A stretch of 64,000 bases of DNA from an uncultured Chloroflexia bacterium (GCA_963751345.1 CAVVUS010000014.1:64001-128000); one strand, 5' to 3'. Shown: positions 40,997 to 51,457, counted from the stretch's first letter. The notes: generated by a model from the letters alone, not told the origin. Translations and numbers: made by a program.

Positions 40997-42208
40997 TCAG
41001 GTGAGCTTACGTGGCAAGGACAGTTCATCGCCTTCGCCCTCTCGGATCCTCTTCGTCTCGTCCAGCTCCATCCCCAGCCCCGGCGTGGTGGGCAGCGTCA
41101 CCTTGCCGTCCACGGGCGTGATGGGGTTCTTGAGGAAGTACTGGTGAATCGTGTTCCACTTGTCCAGATACTCCAGCAGCGGGCACGTGGGCTCCGGCTG
41201 CGAGGCGATCAGGTGCACCGTGGCGGGCACCGAGTGGCCGTGAGGGATCACCGGCAGGTCGTAGGCCGACGCCAGCGCGCAGATCTTGAGCATCTCGGAG
41301 ATGCCGCCCGCCCAGTAGATGTCGGGCTGAAGGACGTCCACGGCCCGCGCGTCCATCAAGGCCTTGAGCCCCCACCGCGTGTACTCGTGCTCGCCGCCGG
41401 CGATTGGGACCGAGACTGCCTGACGAATCTCGGCATACTGGGGGATCTTGTCGGGCAGCACAGGTTCTTCCAGCCAGCGTGGCTCATAAGGCGCCAACCG
41501 GCGCGCCATATCAATGGTATAGGGCACGTCCCAGCTCATCCAGCAGTCGAGCATCAGGTCGACGTCGGGCCCCACGGCCTCGCGCAAGGTCCGTACCAGC
41601 TCGACGTTCTTGGCGATGCCCTCCTTGCCGTCCGTGGGTCCCTCGCGGAAGAACCACTTCATCGCGCGGTAGCCCCGCGCGACCATCTCCTTGGCACGTT
41701 TAGCAACCAGCTCCGGCTCCAACGAGTAGCCCAACATGCTGGCATAGGCGGGGATCGACTCGCGCACGGGTCCGCCCAGCAGTCGGTAGACCGGAACGCC
41801 GGCCCACTTGCCCTTCAGATCCCACAGGGCGCAGTCGATCACGCTGAGCGCCATCATCGCCGTGCCCTTGCGCCCATGGACCATCGAGCGGTAAAGCCGG
41901 TCCCAGATGCGCTCCGTCGCCAGGGGATCGTGCCCGATCAACATCGGCGCGAGCTCGTGTTGGATAATGAAGGCCTGTTCCGACGTTGTGGGCCCTCCCA
42001 GCCCGGTGAGCCCTTCGTCGGTCTCGATCTCGCAGAACTGGGACTTCATGCTGTACCGACCGTCCCCGGCTTTGGCCAACCATCCGGCCCCCTGGGTCTT
42101 GTGCTCGGGATAGATATCCATCGGGCGAATCAGCCGCTCCTCCCAGAACTCGCCGGGGAAGGCCATCTCGCCCTGCACCTCGAACAAGCGGACTGCCGTG
42201 ATCTTCAT
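40997..42208 (-). CDS. Mandelate racemase/enolase-superfamily acid-sugar dehydratase
   Basis: IDCALWDLKGK, LMLDCW, WLEEP, GEHEYT, LQPD, IPHGH. Confidence 0.88.
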   Translation of the reverse strand: MKITAVRLFEVQGEMAFPGEFWEERLIRPMDIYPEHKTQGAGWLAKAGDGRYSMKSQFCEIETDEGLTGLGGPTTSEQAFIIQHELAPMLIGHDPLATERIWDRLYRSMVHGRKGTAMMALSVIDCALWDLKGKWAGVPVYRLLGGPVRESIPAYASMLGYSLEPELVAKRAKEMVARGYRAMKWFFREGPTDGKEGIAKNVELVRTLREAVGPDVDLMLDCWMSWDVPYTIDMARRLAPYEPRWLEEPVLPDKIPQYAEIRQAVSVPIAGGEHEYTRWGLKALMDARAVDVLQPDIYWAGGISEMLKICALASAYDLPVIPHGHSVPATVHLIASQPEPTCPLLEYLDKWNTIHQYFLKNPITPVDGKVTLPTTPGLGMELDETKRIREGEGDELSLPRKLT

Positions 42209-42532
42209 GCACGCGCCTCCTTGATGACTGACCTGGTGGCCTCATTGTAGAAGGCGCCATGGCGGTGTCAAACACCCATCTGTCGTACCGTCATCAGGTT
42301 GACATATCCACTGGACAAGCCTACCATCTTGGGTGCAGCCCACAATGGTGAGCCTACCTTCTCCACAACGGAACCCGGTACAGCATTCCCACGGTCGAGT
42401 TGCTATCCCTAGCGCTTGCGCAGGTGTTGCGCAAACGACGGACAGACGCCCGGCCGACCCGGCTCGATGTACACCGAAACTCCGGTTTGGGCATCGCCAG
42501 GTGGGGCCGGGAGCATAGAGGAGCACGATGGG

Positions 42533-45439
42533 ATGACATTGAGACGCAAGGTAGTAGTCCTATACACGGGCCTCGCCGTGGTGATCCTTGCCGTCGTCGG
42601 GGGATTGCTATCCGCCCAAGTCCGGCTCGACCAGCTCAGTAACCTTCAGCGGGAGCTATCGAACCAGCTCAAGCATATGGATTTCGCCCTGACCAGCTTT
42701 ATGGCGGAAGCAGACAGCGATGTCGCCGCCTTAGCCGCCAACAAGTTGGTTCGCATCAGGCAGGACCAGGAGTTCACCAGCTTCCTGGAAGCAGACCCGG
42801 AAACGTTCACCTATGACGTGGGCCAGACAGAACAAGATATCATTGACCTATTCAATGCCTTTCGTCTCACCCACCCCTATGTGAACTCGGTCTATATGGG
42901 GCGGCAGAACGGCAGCTTTGTCCGCTCCCACCCCCGGGCACAGCCCACACAGTACGATCCACGTACCAGGCCCTGGTATGTCCTGGGCTACGACAATCCG
43001 GGAGAGGTCCGGCACACCGCGCCTTATTCCGCGGTGACGACCTCGGATGTGAATATCGGCGTCGTGACAGCGCTTGTCGACGACGGGGGTCAGGTATATG
43101 GGGTCGTGGGGGCCGACATCACCCTGGCCAATCTGACCCAATACTTGTCGGGCTTTGAGATCGGCCATCAGGGTCAGATCCTGCTTCTCGACCAGAGCGG
43201 AACGATCCTGACCAGCAAGGACGAAGTGCTGCGTTTCCGGCCTGTCAGCCTACTCCTGGGCGACAAGGCGGATATGTTGCTGAGCGACCAAGACGGTATG
43301 TTGACCTTTGGGGCGGCGGCCGATGCCAGCCGCCTTTTCTATTACACCTCGCCCCGGCTCGGGTGGAAAATCGCGATTGTCGTCCCCGAGAGCCAGATCC
43401 GGCGCGAGATCTGGAGAGGCGTGTTACCCGGACTCACCGGGTTGCTCCTGGCCCTGATCTCATTGAGCGGGCTGACCTTTGCCGGCCTGAGCTTGGCGGT
43501 GATCCGGCCTTTGGTGCAGCTCGACGATGTCGCCCGCGGCATTGCCCGCACCGGCGATCTGGATCAGCAGGTCAAGATCAAAGCGGGGGATGAGATCGGA
43601 TCGCTGGCGTCATCTTTTAACCAGATGGTCCGGAGTATGCAGAATGCCCAGTATGATCTACAGCGGGAACGTGACCTGGCCGAAGCACTTAAGGATACAG
43701 CCGCCGCCCTGACAGCCACGCTGGACGTGGAAACCGTGCTAGACCGCATCCTCGAGAAGGTCAGCCGTGTCATTCCCAATGAGGCCTGCAACATTATGCT
43801 GGTCCAAGATGGCAAGGCTCGGGTCGTTCGGTGGTTAGGGTACAAGCCGTTTGGGGCAGAGGCGTTCATCGCCAATGTTGAGCTCTCGCTCACGGAGACG
43901 CCGGCCTTATGGCGGATGGTGTCGAGCAAGAAACCGATGCTTATCCCCGACGTTGAGGCGGATCCGGAATGGCGGCGATTTCCCGAGACGGCTTGGGTGC
44001 GCTGCTACGCCGCAACGCCTATCATCATACGGGATTCCGTCATAGGCTTCTTAAACGTGGAAAGTCCCATCCAGAGTTTCTATCAAGAGGATCAGCTAGA
44101 GTCGCTGCAGAGTTTCGCCGGATATGCTGCCGCCGCGATTGATAACGCACGGCTCTATGAGCAGGTGAAACGTGACGCAGTCGAACTGGAGACCCGCATC
44201 GAAGCTGCCACGCAGGAGCTTCGCCAGCGAAGCACAGAACTGGGAATCCTCTACGAGGTCGGCAGGGAGATCACCGCGACCTTGGCGCTCGACACAATGC
44301 TCCAGACAATTGTGGACAGCGCCATCCGGTTAGTGGATGCCGACAAGAGCCTGCTCGTGTTGCTCGATGCGCCGAAAGAGCGGCTGGTTGAGATCGTGGG
44401 GCACGGCTACGATCGTATGCAACTGGATGCGCACACCTTTGGCGAATTGCAGTCCGGCATCACCGGTTGGGTGCTCAGGGAAAAGGTTCCGACGCTGACC
44501 GGCAACCTCCAGAATGACGAGCGACAACGGGGCACGGCTTTGGCCAGTGCCCAGGCAAGCGGAGATCAATCGGCGGCGGTTGCTCCGTTGCTCATCGGGG
44601 ATCAGGTGCTCGGCACACTCACTGTGATAAACGGCCCTACAAAACGGGCTTTCACGCAGGCCGACTTGGGCCTGGTGACGATGCTGGCCAGCCAGGCCGC
44701 TGTCGCCATCCAGAATGCGCAACTCTATGAGGCTGCCCAGGAGGCGGATCGGCTCAAGTCCGCCTTCTTGGCAAGCATGTCCCACGAGTTGCGCACGCCG
44801 CTCAACTCGATCATCGGCTTTACCGGCATCCTGCTGCAGGGATTGGTGGGCCCGTTGAACGAAGAACAACAGAAACAACTCGGGATGGTAATGAACAGTG
44901 CCCGTCACCTGTTGGCCCTGATCAACGACGTACTGGATATCTCCAAGATCGAGGCGGGCGAACTCGAGCTGGCTTCGGAGACGTTCGACGTGCGCCAGAG
45001 CATCCAACGCGCCGTGCAGACCGTCACCCCGCTGGCCGACAAGAAGGGACTGCCACTCATCGTCGAGATGTCCCCGGAGGTAGGCTGCATCGTCGGTGAC
45101 CAGCGACGTGTGGAGCAGATTCTGATCAACCTGGCCAACAACGCCATCAAGTTCACCGACGAGGGGTCGGTCCGCATCAGAAGCGAGATTATGGGCGGCA
45201 AGCTTGTCACCCAGGTGGTCGACACGGGGATTGGCATCCGACCCGAGGACGTGGTCAAGCTGTTCAAGCCGTTCCGCCAGATCGATACCGGTGTCGCCCG
45301 CCAGCACGAGGGAACCGGCTTGGGGCTTGCCATATGCAATCGACTGGTGACCATGATGGGCGGCAGGATCTGGGTGGAAAGCCGGTGGGGTGAAGGAAGT
45401 ATCTTCTCTTTTTCACTGCCGGTCGACGATTGTGGATGA
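42533..45439 (+). CDS. Sensor histidine kinase (Cache-HAMP-GAF-GAF-HisKA-HATPase)
   Basis: YDPRTRPWY Cache motif, DEIGSLA HAMP, two GAF segments, MSHELRTPLN, NAIKFT, GTGLGL. Confidence 0.9.
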   Translation: MTLRRKVVVLYTGLAVVILAVVGGLLSAQVRLDQLSNLQRELSNQLKHMDFALTSFMAEADSDVAALAANKLVRIRQDQEFTSFLEADPETFTYDVGQTEQDIIDLFNAFRLTHPYVNSVYMGRQNGSFVRSHPRAQPTQYDPRTRPWYVLGYDNPGEVRHTAPYSAVTTSDVNIGVVTALVDDGGQVYGVVGADITLANLTQYLSGFEIGHQGQILLLDQSGTILTSKDEVLRFRPVSLLLGDKADMLLSDQDGMLTFGAAADASRLFYYTSPRLGWKIAIVVPESQIRREIWRGVLPGLTGLLLALISLSGLTFAGLSLAVIRPLVQLDDVARGIARTGDLDQQVKIKAGDEIGSLASSFNQMVRSMQNAQYDLQRERDLAEALKDTAAALTATLDVETVLDRILEKVSRVIPNEACNIMLVQDGKARVVRWLGYKPFGAEAFIANVELSLTETPALWRMVSSKKPMLIPDVEADPEWRRFPETAWVRCYAATPIIIRDSVIGFLNVESPIQSFYQEDQLESLQSFAGYAAAAIDNARLYEQVKRDAVELETRIEAATQELRQRSTELGILYEVGREITATLALDTMLQTIVDSAIRLVDADKSLLVLLDAPKERLVEIVGHGYDRMQLDAHTFGELQSGITGWVLREKVPTLTGNLQNDERQRGTALASAQASGDQSAAVAPLLIGDQVLGTLTVINGPTKRAFTQADLGLVTMLASQAAVAIQNAQLYEAAQEADRLKSAFLASMSHELRTPLNSIIGFTGILLQGLVGPLNEEQQKQLGMVMNSARHLLALINDVLDISKIEAGELELASETFDVRQSIQRAVQTVTPLADKKGLPLIVEMSPEVGCIVGDQRRVEQILINLANNAIKFTDEGSVRIRSEIMGGKLVTQVVDTGIGIRPEDVVKLFKPFRQIDTGVARQHEGTGLGLAICNRLVTMMGGRIWVESRWGEGSIFSFSLPVDDCG

Positions 45440-45488
45440 GAGAGCCAACGAAGGTGACGGTGGTCGGCAATCTGCAGGGGGTGAGCCC

Positions 45489-45917
45489 ATGACAGAAGAT
45501 CAAGAACCGGCAAGCGAGACCCGGCGACCGAGAATACTGGTCATCGAAGACAATGAACAGAATCTCTACCTGACAACCTATATCCTCGAAAAGCACGGTT
45601 ACGAGGTCATCCAGGCACGCGAGGGCCGCGAGGGGACCAGACTGGCAGCCCAGGTCGGGCCCGATCTGATTCTTCTGGACATCCAACTGCCCGAGATGGA
45701 CGGTTACCAGGTGGCACAGGCATTGAGGAGCAACCCGGCCCTGGACGGCGTGCCTATCGTTGCAGTCACGTCGTACGCCATGGTCGGCGACAGGGAGCGC
45801 GTCATAGCTGCCGGCTGCACCGGCTACATCGAAAAGCCTATCAATCCTGACACGTTTGTTGCCCAGGTAGAGGCGCAGTTGCCGGATAGTGCAGCCGGCA
45901 GAGGAAGTGGCATATGA
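45489..45917 (+). CDS. Single-domain response regulator (DivK/CheY-like)
   Basis: ILVIEDN, LLDIQLP, YIEKP. Confidence 0.9.
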   Translation: MTEDQEPASETRRPRILVIEDNEQNLYLTTYILEKHGYEVIQAREGREGTRLAAQVGPDLILLDIQLPEMDGYQVAQALRSNPALDGVPIVAVTSYAMVGDRERVIAAGCTGYIEKPINPDTFVAQVEAQLPDSAAGRGSGI

Positions 45918-47971
45918 CTCGAGTGCTGATCGTGGACGACCAGGAACAGAACCTCTATATGCTGCAGGTGCTACTACAAGGGCATAACTACGAGGTAATG
46001 TCAGCGCGGAACGGGATCGAGGCATTGGATCTTGCCCGGGAGCAGGCCCCGGATCTCATCGTCACGGATATCCTGATGCCCGGCATGGATGGTTTTGCCC
46101 TGTGTCGCGAGTGGATGGCAGACGCGAGGTTGCAGCATGTGCCCCTGGTCTTCTACACCGCCACATACACCGATCCCAGGGACGCCTCATTTGCCTTGAG
46201 CCTGGGAGCAGCGCGGTTCATCGTCAAGCCTGCTGAGCCGGATGCCTTTATCGAGATGGTGCAACAGGTGTTGGGCGATCACGCAGCACACCAGCTGACT
46301 CCCACCATCGAGCCGCATGGCCAGCCTACGGAGGTCTACTACCAGCAGTATAACCAAGCCCTGATCCGCAAGCTAGAGGACAAGATGGCGCAGCTCGAAG
46401 AGGCGAATCACTCGCTGGAGCTCGACATTGCTGCACGGGAACGGGTTGAAGAGGAACGTGCGGACCTGACTACCCAGATCCACGAACAGGCGCGTCAGAT
46501 GGAGCAGGTCCTCGCCACTGTGCCGGCAGGCGTGCTCCTACTGAATGCCGAGTGGCGTGTAGTGATGGCCAATCCCGCGGCCGAAGAAGACCTCACCGTC
46601 CTAGCCGATGCCAAGGTAGGAGACGTCCTCACCCGCCTTGGCGACCGTCCGCTGGCCGAGCTGCTCACCTCCCCGGTCACCAAGGGGCTGTGGCATGAGG
46701 TACGGGTGGGAGACAACGTCTTTGAGGTCATCGCCCGGCCTATGGCGGACGGCCCAGATCCGGAGCGCTACGTGCTGGTGGTCAATGACGTCACCCGCGA
46801 GCGCGAGATCCAGACGGAACTGCAGCAACAGGAACGCCTCGCCGCCGTCGGGCAACTGGCCGCCGGCATCGCACATGACTTCAACAACATCCTGGCCATC
46901 ATCGTCCTCTATTCCCAGATGGACCTCCATATCCCCGACCTTCCCGGACAGCTTCGTGCGCATCTACAAACCATCGCACACGAGGCCAAACAGGCCTCCA
47001 ACCTCATTCAGCAGATTCTGGATTTCGGCCGCCGTGCCGTCCTCGAACCTCAACCGCTGAACCTCGTGCCCTTCCTCAAGGAACGCGTCAAGCTGCTCGA
47101 ACGCACCCTTCCAGAGAGCATCAAGGTCGAGCTCAGCCACGCGCCGGATGAGGCTATCATCAGAGCCGATCCAACGCGTATGCAGCAGATGATCACCAAT
47201 CTGGCCGTTAACGCCCGGGACGCTATGCCCCAGGGCGGGACTCTGCAAATCGGACTGGAGAGATTGCGGTTCGGACCCCATGATGCCGTGCCACTCCGCG
47301 GGATGACACCCGGCCCGTGGATCAAGGTTATGGTCGGCGATACCGGCACGGGTATTGCACCCGAGACAGCGCTCCACATTTTTGAGCCCTTCTTCACCAC
47401 CAAGGAACGTGGCAAGGGCACGGGGCTGGGGCTCGCCCAGGTCTACGGCATCGTCAAGCAGCACGACGGCCATATTGACGTGCAAACCCAGATGGGCCTG
47501 GGCACTACTTTCACCATCTATCTACCGGCCCTCGAAGTGGCGACCTTCGAAGATGAACCTATGATTCCAATTAGTCTGCCCTTGGGACACGCCGAGACGA
47601 TTCTGGTCGTGGAAGACAACACGACCTTACGTGAAGCTGTGGTGAGCGCCCTGCACTTGCTCAACTACCAAACGCTGGAAGCTGCTGACGGACACGAGGC
47701 GCTGGCGATACTGGACGAAAAAGCCGCGGGCGTCTCCCTCATCCTGAGCGACCTAGTGATGCCCAAGATGGGGGGCCAGGCGCTATTCAGCGCGCTGCAG
47801 GAGCGCCGGCTAGCTGTGCCGGTAGTCATGATGACCGGCCATCCTATGGAACGTGAACTGCTCGACCTGCAAGCCCACGGCCTGGCCGATTGGGTGCTCA
47901 AGCCTCCCCGCGTTGAGACACTGGCTACGATGCTCGCACGAGTGCTGCATGGGAGAGATGCAGATACGTGA
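45914..47971 (+). CDS. Hybrid histidine kinase (REC-PAS-HisKA-HATPase-REC)
   Basis: N-terminal REC, GIAHDFNN, NARDAMP, FEPFFTTK, GTGLGL, C-terminal REC. Confidence 0.9.
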   Translation: MTRVLIVDDQEQNLYMLQVLLQGHNYEVMSARNGIEALDLAREQAPDLIVTDILMPGMDGFALCREWMADARLQHVPLVFYTATYTDPRDASFALSLGAARFIVKPAEPDAFIEMVQQVLGDHAAHQLTPTIEPHGQPTEVYYQQYNQALIRKLEDKMAQLEEANHSLELDIAARERVEEERADLTTQIHEQARQMEQVLATVPAGVLLLNAEWRVVMANPAAEEDLTVLADAKVGDVLTRLGDRPLAELLTSPVTKGLWHEVRVGDNVFEVIARPMADGPDPERYVLVVNDVTREREIQTELQQQERLAAVGQLAAGIAHDFNNILAIIVLYSQMDLHIPDLPGQLRAHLQTIAHEAKQASNLIQQILDFGRRAVLEPQPLNLVPFLKERVKLLERTLPESIKVELSHAPDEAIIRADPTRMQQMITNLAVNARDAMPQGGTLQIGLERLRFGPHDAVPLRGMTPGPWIKVMVGDTGTGIAPETALHIFEPFFTTKERGKGTGLGLAQVYGIVKQHDGHIDVQTQMGLGTTFTIYLPALEVATFEDEPMIPISLPLGHAETILVVEDNTTLREAVVSALHLLNYQTLEAADGHEALAILDEKAAGVSLILSDLVMPKMGGQALFSALQERRLAVPVVMMTGHPMERELLDLQAHGLADWVLKPPRVETLATMLARVLHGRDADT

Positions 47972-48067
47972 GCGACTCGGTACGGCCAAGGCTTTGTACC
48001 CGGTGCCGGCATGGTCCGGCTGCGGCGTAATCGCGACACACCCATACAATCCACCAGGAGGCACTCA

Positions 48068-49123
48068 ATGACCATCAGGAACCTGAGCCCCAATCAGATG
48101 TTCGTGGAGATGGCAAAGGCCCACGTCCCCGAGTACCACTTCGCAGGCACGACGAGGGTCGATTTCGAGGCTTGGAAGCAGGAGGCCCTTCCCAAGGTGC
48201 TGGCCACGCTAGGCGACGCCCCGCCCGCGGTCGATCCCAACCCGCAGCTATTGGCCGAATGGGAATATCACGGCCTCAAGCGGCAACGCTGGATCATCGA
48301 CGTGCAGCCCTACCTCTCGGCGACGATGCTGGTGAACATTCCTCAAGGCCTCGGCGAAGATGAGAAGCGGCCCGCGATTCTCTGCTGTCACGGCCACGGG
48401 CAATTCGGCAAGGAGCCCGTGATGGGCAACGACTCCAGCCCCGAGCTGCGACAGGCCATCGCCGCCCACGGCTACAACTACGGGGAGGTGATGGCGCAGA
48501 AGGGCTTCATCACCTACGCCATCGATTGGATCGGCTTCGGGGAGCGCAACGACAGCCAGAAGCCCAACCACCTGGCGGTGGCGCGCAGCCGCGACTGGTG
48601 CAACCTCTACTACCTCCACGCCACGATGTTCGGTATGACCTCACTGTCGATCAACGTGGCCCACGGCAAGGTCGCGACCGACGTGGTGAGCGGCTTCCCG
48701 AACGTCGACGCGGACCGCCTCGGCGTGATGGGGCTGAGCGGCGGCGGCACGATGACGCTGTGGATGACACTGTGCGACGAACGGTTCAAGGCCAGCGAGA
48801 TCATCTGCTACAGCGACCTCTGGTGGGCCTTTGGGATGCGCGACATCAACTACTGCGGCATGCAGGTGGCCCCCGGACTTTTCAAGCTGGTGGACCTGCC
48901 CGACCTCCAGGGCCTGATTGCGCCGCGCCCGCTGTTGATCTCGATGGGGGCCAACGACACCTGCTTCAAGGTGGACACGGCGATGCAGTGCTACAACCAC
49001 CTCACCACGATCTACGAAGCCGCAGGCGCCTCCGACCGGCTCGACCTCGATCTCCATCCCGGCGAGCACGGCTGGGCGGGGAACAAGTCGGAGGGATTCT
49101 TCGGACAGTATCTAGGAGGATAG
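48068..49123 (+). CDS. Alpha/beta hydrolase (dienelactone hydrolase/acetylesterase-like)
   Basis: HGHG, GLSGGG nucleophile elbow, IAPRPL, GEHG. Confidence 0.85.
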   Translation: MTIRNLSPNQMFVEMAKAHVPEYHFAGTTRVDFEAWKQEALPKVLATLGDAPPAVDPNPQLLAEWEYHGLKRQRWIIDVQPYLSATMLVNIPQGLGEDEKRPAILCCHGHGQFGKEPVMGNDSSPELRQAIAAHGYNYGEVMAQKGFITYAIDWIGFGERNDSQKPNHLAVARSRDWCNLYYLHATMFGMTSLSINVAHGKVATDVVSGFPNVDADRLGVMGLSGGGTMTLWMTLCDERFKASEIICYSDLWWAFGMRDINYCGMQVAPGLFKLVDLPDLQGLIAPRPLLISMGANDTCFKVDTAMQCYNHLTTIYEAAGASDRLDLDLHPGEHGWAGNKSEGFFGQYLGG

Positions 49124-49178
49124 GCGAGCGGTCAGCTTTCAGCGACCAGAGAGAATAGGTAGAGGGTATACGGTCGGA

Positions 49179-49210
49179 AACCTTGCGAAGGTTCGGACCT
49201 TCGCAAGGTT
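49179..49210. repeat. REP-like element, family B copy 1
   Basis: AACCTTGCGAAGGTTCGGACCTTCGCAAGGTT. Confidence 0.75.
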
Positions 49211-49253
49211 GTCCCACAGCGATGAAAAGTTAGGGTGCGAGGATGGCGCTCGC

Positions 49254-50528
49254 TCACTCCACGACCGTCAATTCACGCTCTGGCCCGATCACTGAGAGGT
49301 GACCATTAGCCTCGGCCCGACGCCGCACCCCTATCAGCAGCAAGGCGCCCACCAGGGTCCCCAGGGCCGCCAGGCCAAAGGCGACCGGATAACCTGCAAA
49401 GACGCCGGGCCGCAGGGCGTTGACGCCATCGATCAGCGGCCCGCCCAACCGGCTGACCGCCCCAGCCCCGGCGGTCGCCAAATTTGTGTATCCCAGGTAC
49501 TTGCCACCCTCGCCGGCGGGGATCAGGTCGGTCGCCAGGGCCCAGTTGACGCTCACAAAGACACCCGTAGCCATCCCCACGATCGCGCCGAACGCGTAGA
49601 CCATCTCCACGCTGCGTGCGAAGACGAGCAGCGCGATGCCGATCGAAGCCGCGATGCCCGCGGCGATGTTTAGCGTCCAACGCCCGATCTTGTCCGACAG
49701 CCACCCGGCAGGAAAGACCAGAAGCGTCAGAGCCACGCCAATTGCTGCCATCAGGTTGCCGGTCACCGCCGCGGCATTGGGCACCCCCAGCCAGTCGCGG
49801 ATGTAGTATTGGGCGAAGCTCTGCAGAATGTAGATCCCTGAGAGGATCAGGAAGCGCGAGAACAGCATCTCGGCGTAGGCCGGATAGCGGGCCAGGTCCG
49901 CCCGCACCGAAATCGCTCGTCGGGGCTTGGCTGACGTCGCGGTTAGCCGCGATTCGTGCGTCGTGAACACCGTCGTGGCCGCGCTCAGCGCCAGGACCCC
50001 GGCGATGAGCGCAAAGGCCAGACCTGGGTTATCGTTGCCCATCAACTGCCCGGCCACCAACGAGGTCACGACGAGGCCGCCCATGTCGAAGAGATTCTTG
50101 ATCCCCGACACCAGTCCCCGATGCTCGGCAGGCACCAGATCAGGGATAAGCCCTTGAGCGGGACCGTGGGCCATGTTCGAGACCACCTGCAACAGCACAT
50201 AGCCGACGGCCAGTTGCCATAGCTGAAGGGCGCCGGCCATAACGGCCAAACAACCAAGGCTTGCCAGAGTGCCGGCAACCATCCACGGTCGTCGACGCCC
50301 CCACCGGCTGCGAGTGCGGTCGCTCCATGCCCCGGCCAGAGGCTGAATCGCCATCGCAAGCATCAGCCCGACAAAAGTCAGCGCCCCGAGATAGGTATTC
50401 TTCAGCCCTTCCGGCACGAAGCGCAGAAGCAGGGCCGGCAGCACGATCGGGTGGAGCGCATTCCACATGAAAGCCAGCCCGAACCAGTAGACGTTCATCG
50501 CGACGTAGGCATAAGCTCGTGTCTTCAC
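49254..50528 (-). CDS. MFS transporter
   Basis: About 12 TM; GAWSDRTRSRWGRRRPW, GWLSDKIGR. Confidence 0.88.
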   Translation of the reverse strand: MKTRAYAYVAMNVYWFGLAFMWNALHPIVLPALLLRFVPEGLKNTYLGALTFVGLMLAMAIQPLAGAWSDRTRSRWGRRRPWMVAGTLASLGCLAVMAGALQLWQLAVGYVLLQVVSNMAHGPAQGLIPDLVPAEHRGLVSGIKNLFDMGGLVVTSLVAGQLMGNDNPGLAFALIAGVLALSAATTVFTTHESRLTATSAKPRRAISVRADLARYPAYAEMLFSRFLILSGIYILQSFAQYYIRDWLGVPNAAAVTGNLMAAIGVALTLLVFPAGWLSDKIGRWTLNIAAGIAASIGIALLVFARSVEMVYAFGAIVGMATGVFVSVNWALATDLIPAGEGGKYLGYTNLATAGAGAVSRLGGPLIDGVNALRPGVFAGYPVAFGLAALGTLVGALLLIGVRRRAEANGHLSVIGPERELTVVE

Positions 50529-50558
50529 GGGTTTCTGCTCCTGGCCAAAGGGTGTAGG

Positions 50559-51380
50559 ATGGCGGCTATGGTACCGCCAATCGCTGCGGATGCACAATCA
50601 AGTGAACAAGGGCCTCTACCTATAGAAACACCTGAGGACGCGCGTCGTTACCACGTTCCGGCGAGTGTGTTGGGCACCCTGATCTGGGCAGCGACGATAG
50701 GGCGGCGACGCTCGTTCGCACGAGACGCGAGGACGGCGATGCAAGGCGTCTCCCCCCTGGTATTCGGGGCGGACCACGTGCCGACGGAAGGCGCCTGCCT
50801 TGTCACGTGCAACCACTATACCCGCCCGGGCTTTGGCGCGTGGTGGATAGCCCTGGGCATAGCGGCCGTGATTGCGGATCATCGTGCAGCAGGCGCCGCC
50901 GCTGACCTCCATTGGGTGATGACGGCCGCATGGCGCTATCCCAAAGGAGACTGGCGCCGCCGCGTGATCACACCTCTGACAGAGCGGGCGTTTGCGCGGG
51001 CGGCCCGTGTCTACGACTTCGTGACCATGCCCCCGATGCCGCCGGACCCGGCCGAGATCGACGCGCGAGCCTTGGCCGTTCGTCGCACCCTGCGTCTCGC
51101 GCATCGGTTAGTCGGGGAAGGTGGCTTGCTTGGCCTTGTGCCGGAGGGACGCGATACACCGGAACTTCTCGGCGATCCGCCGCCCGGCGCAGGTGCCTTC
51201 ATCGCACTGCTGGTCCAGGCCGGGATGCCGGTGCTGCCGGTAGGCGTCGCAGAGAACAACGGACGGATGTGGATCAGCTTCGGCGCGCCCTTCGTGCCCG
51301 AGATCCCACAGCGGCGTGCTGACCGCGACCGTGCGGTCAGCCGTCAGGTCATGGCCGCTATCGCCACACAGCTGCCATGA
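50559..51380 (+). CDS. Lysophospholipid acyltransferase (PlsC-like) family protein; start uncertain
   Basis: NHY block I variant, VPEG, PVLPVG, ISFGAP. Confidence 0.65.
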   Translation: MAAMVPPIAADAQSSEQGPLPIETPEDARRYHVPASVLGTLIWAATIGRRRSFARDARTAMQGVSPLVFGADHVPTEGACLVTCNHYTRPGFGAWWIALGIAAVIADHRAAGAAADLHWVMTAAWRYPKGDWRRRVITPLTERAFARAARVYDFVTMPPMPPDPAEIDARALAVRRTLRLAHRLVGEGGLLGLVPEGRDTPELLGDPPPGAGAFIALLVQAGMPVLPVGVAENNGRMWISFGAPFVPEIPQRRADRDRAVSRQVMAAIATQLP

Positions 51381-51382
51381 CC

Positions 51383-51449
51383 AACCTTGCGAAGGTGGCC
51401 CGAGCCCCGGAAACTGCGCCGGGGCTCGGGCTTGAACCTTCGCAAGGTT
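51383..51449. repeat. REP-like element, family B copy 2 with inner hairpin
   Basis: AACCTTGCGAAGGT ... AACCTTCGCAAGGTT enclosing GCCCGAGCCCCGG..CCGGGGCTCGGGC. Confidence 0.75.
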
Positions 51450-51457
51450 CAGGGGAC

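Noticed and set aside
42210-42530. Riboswitch in the divergent intergenic region
   Set aside because: Only weak hairpins; no aptamer consensus recognised.
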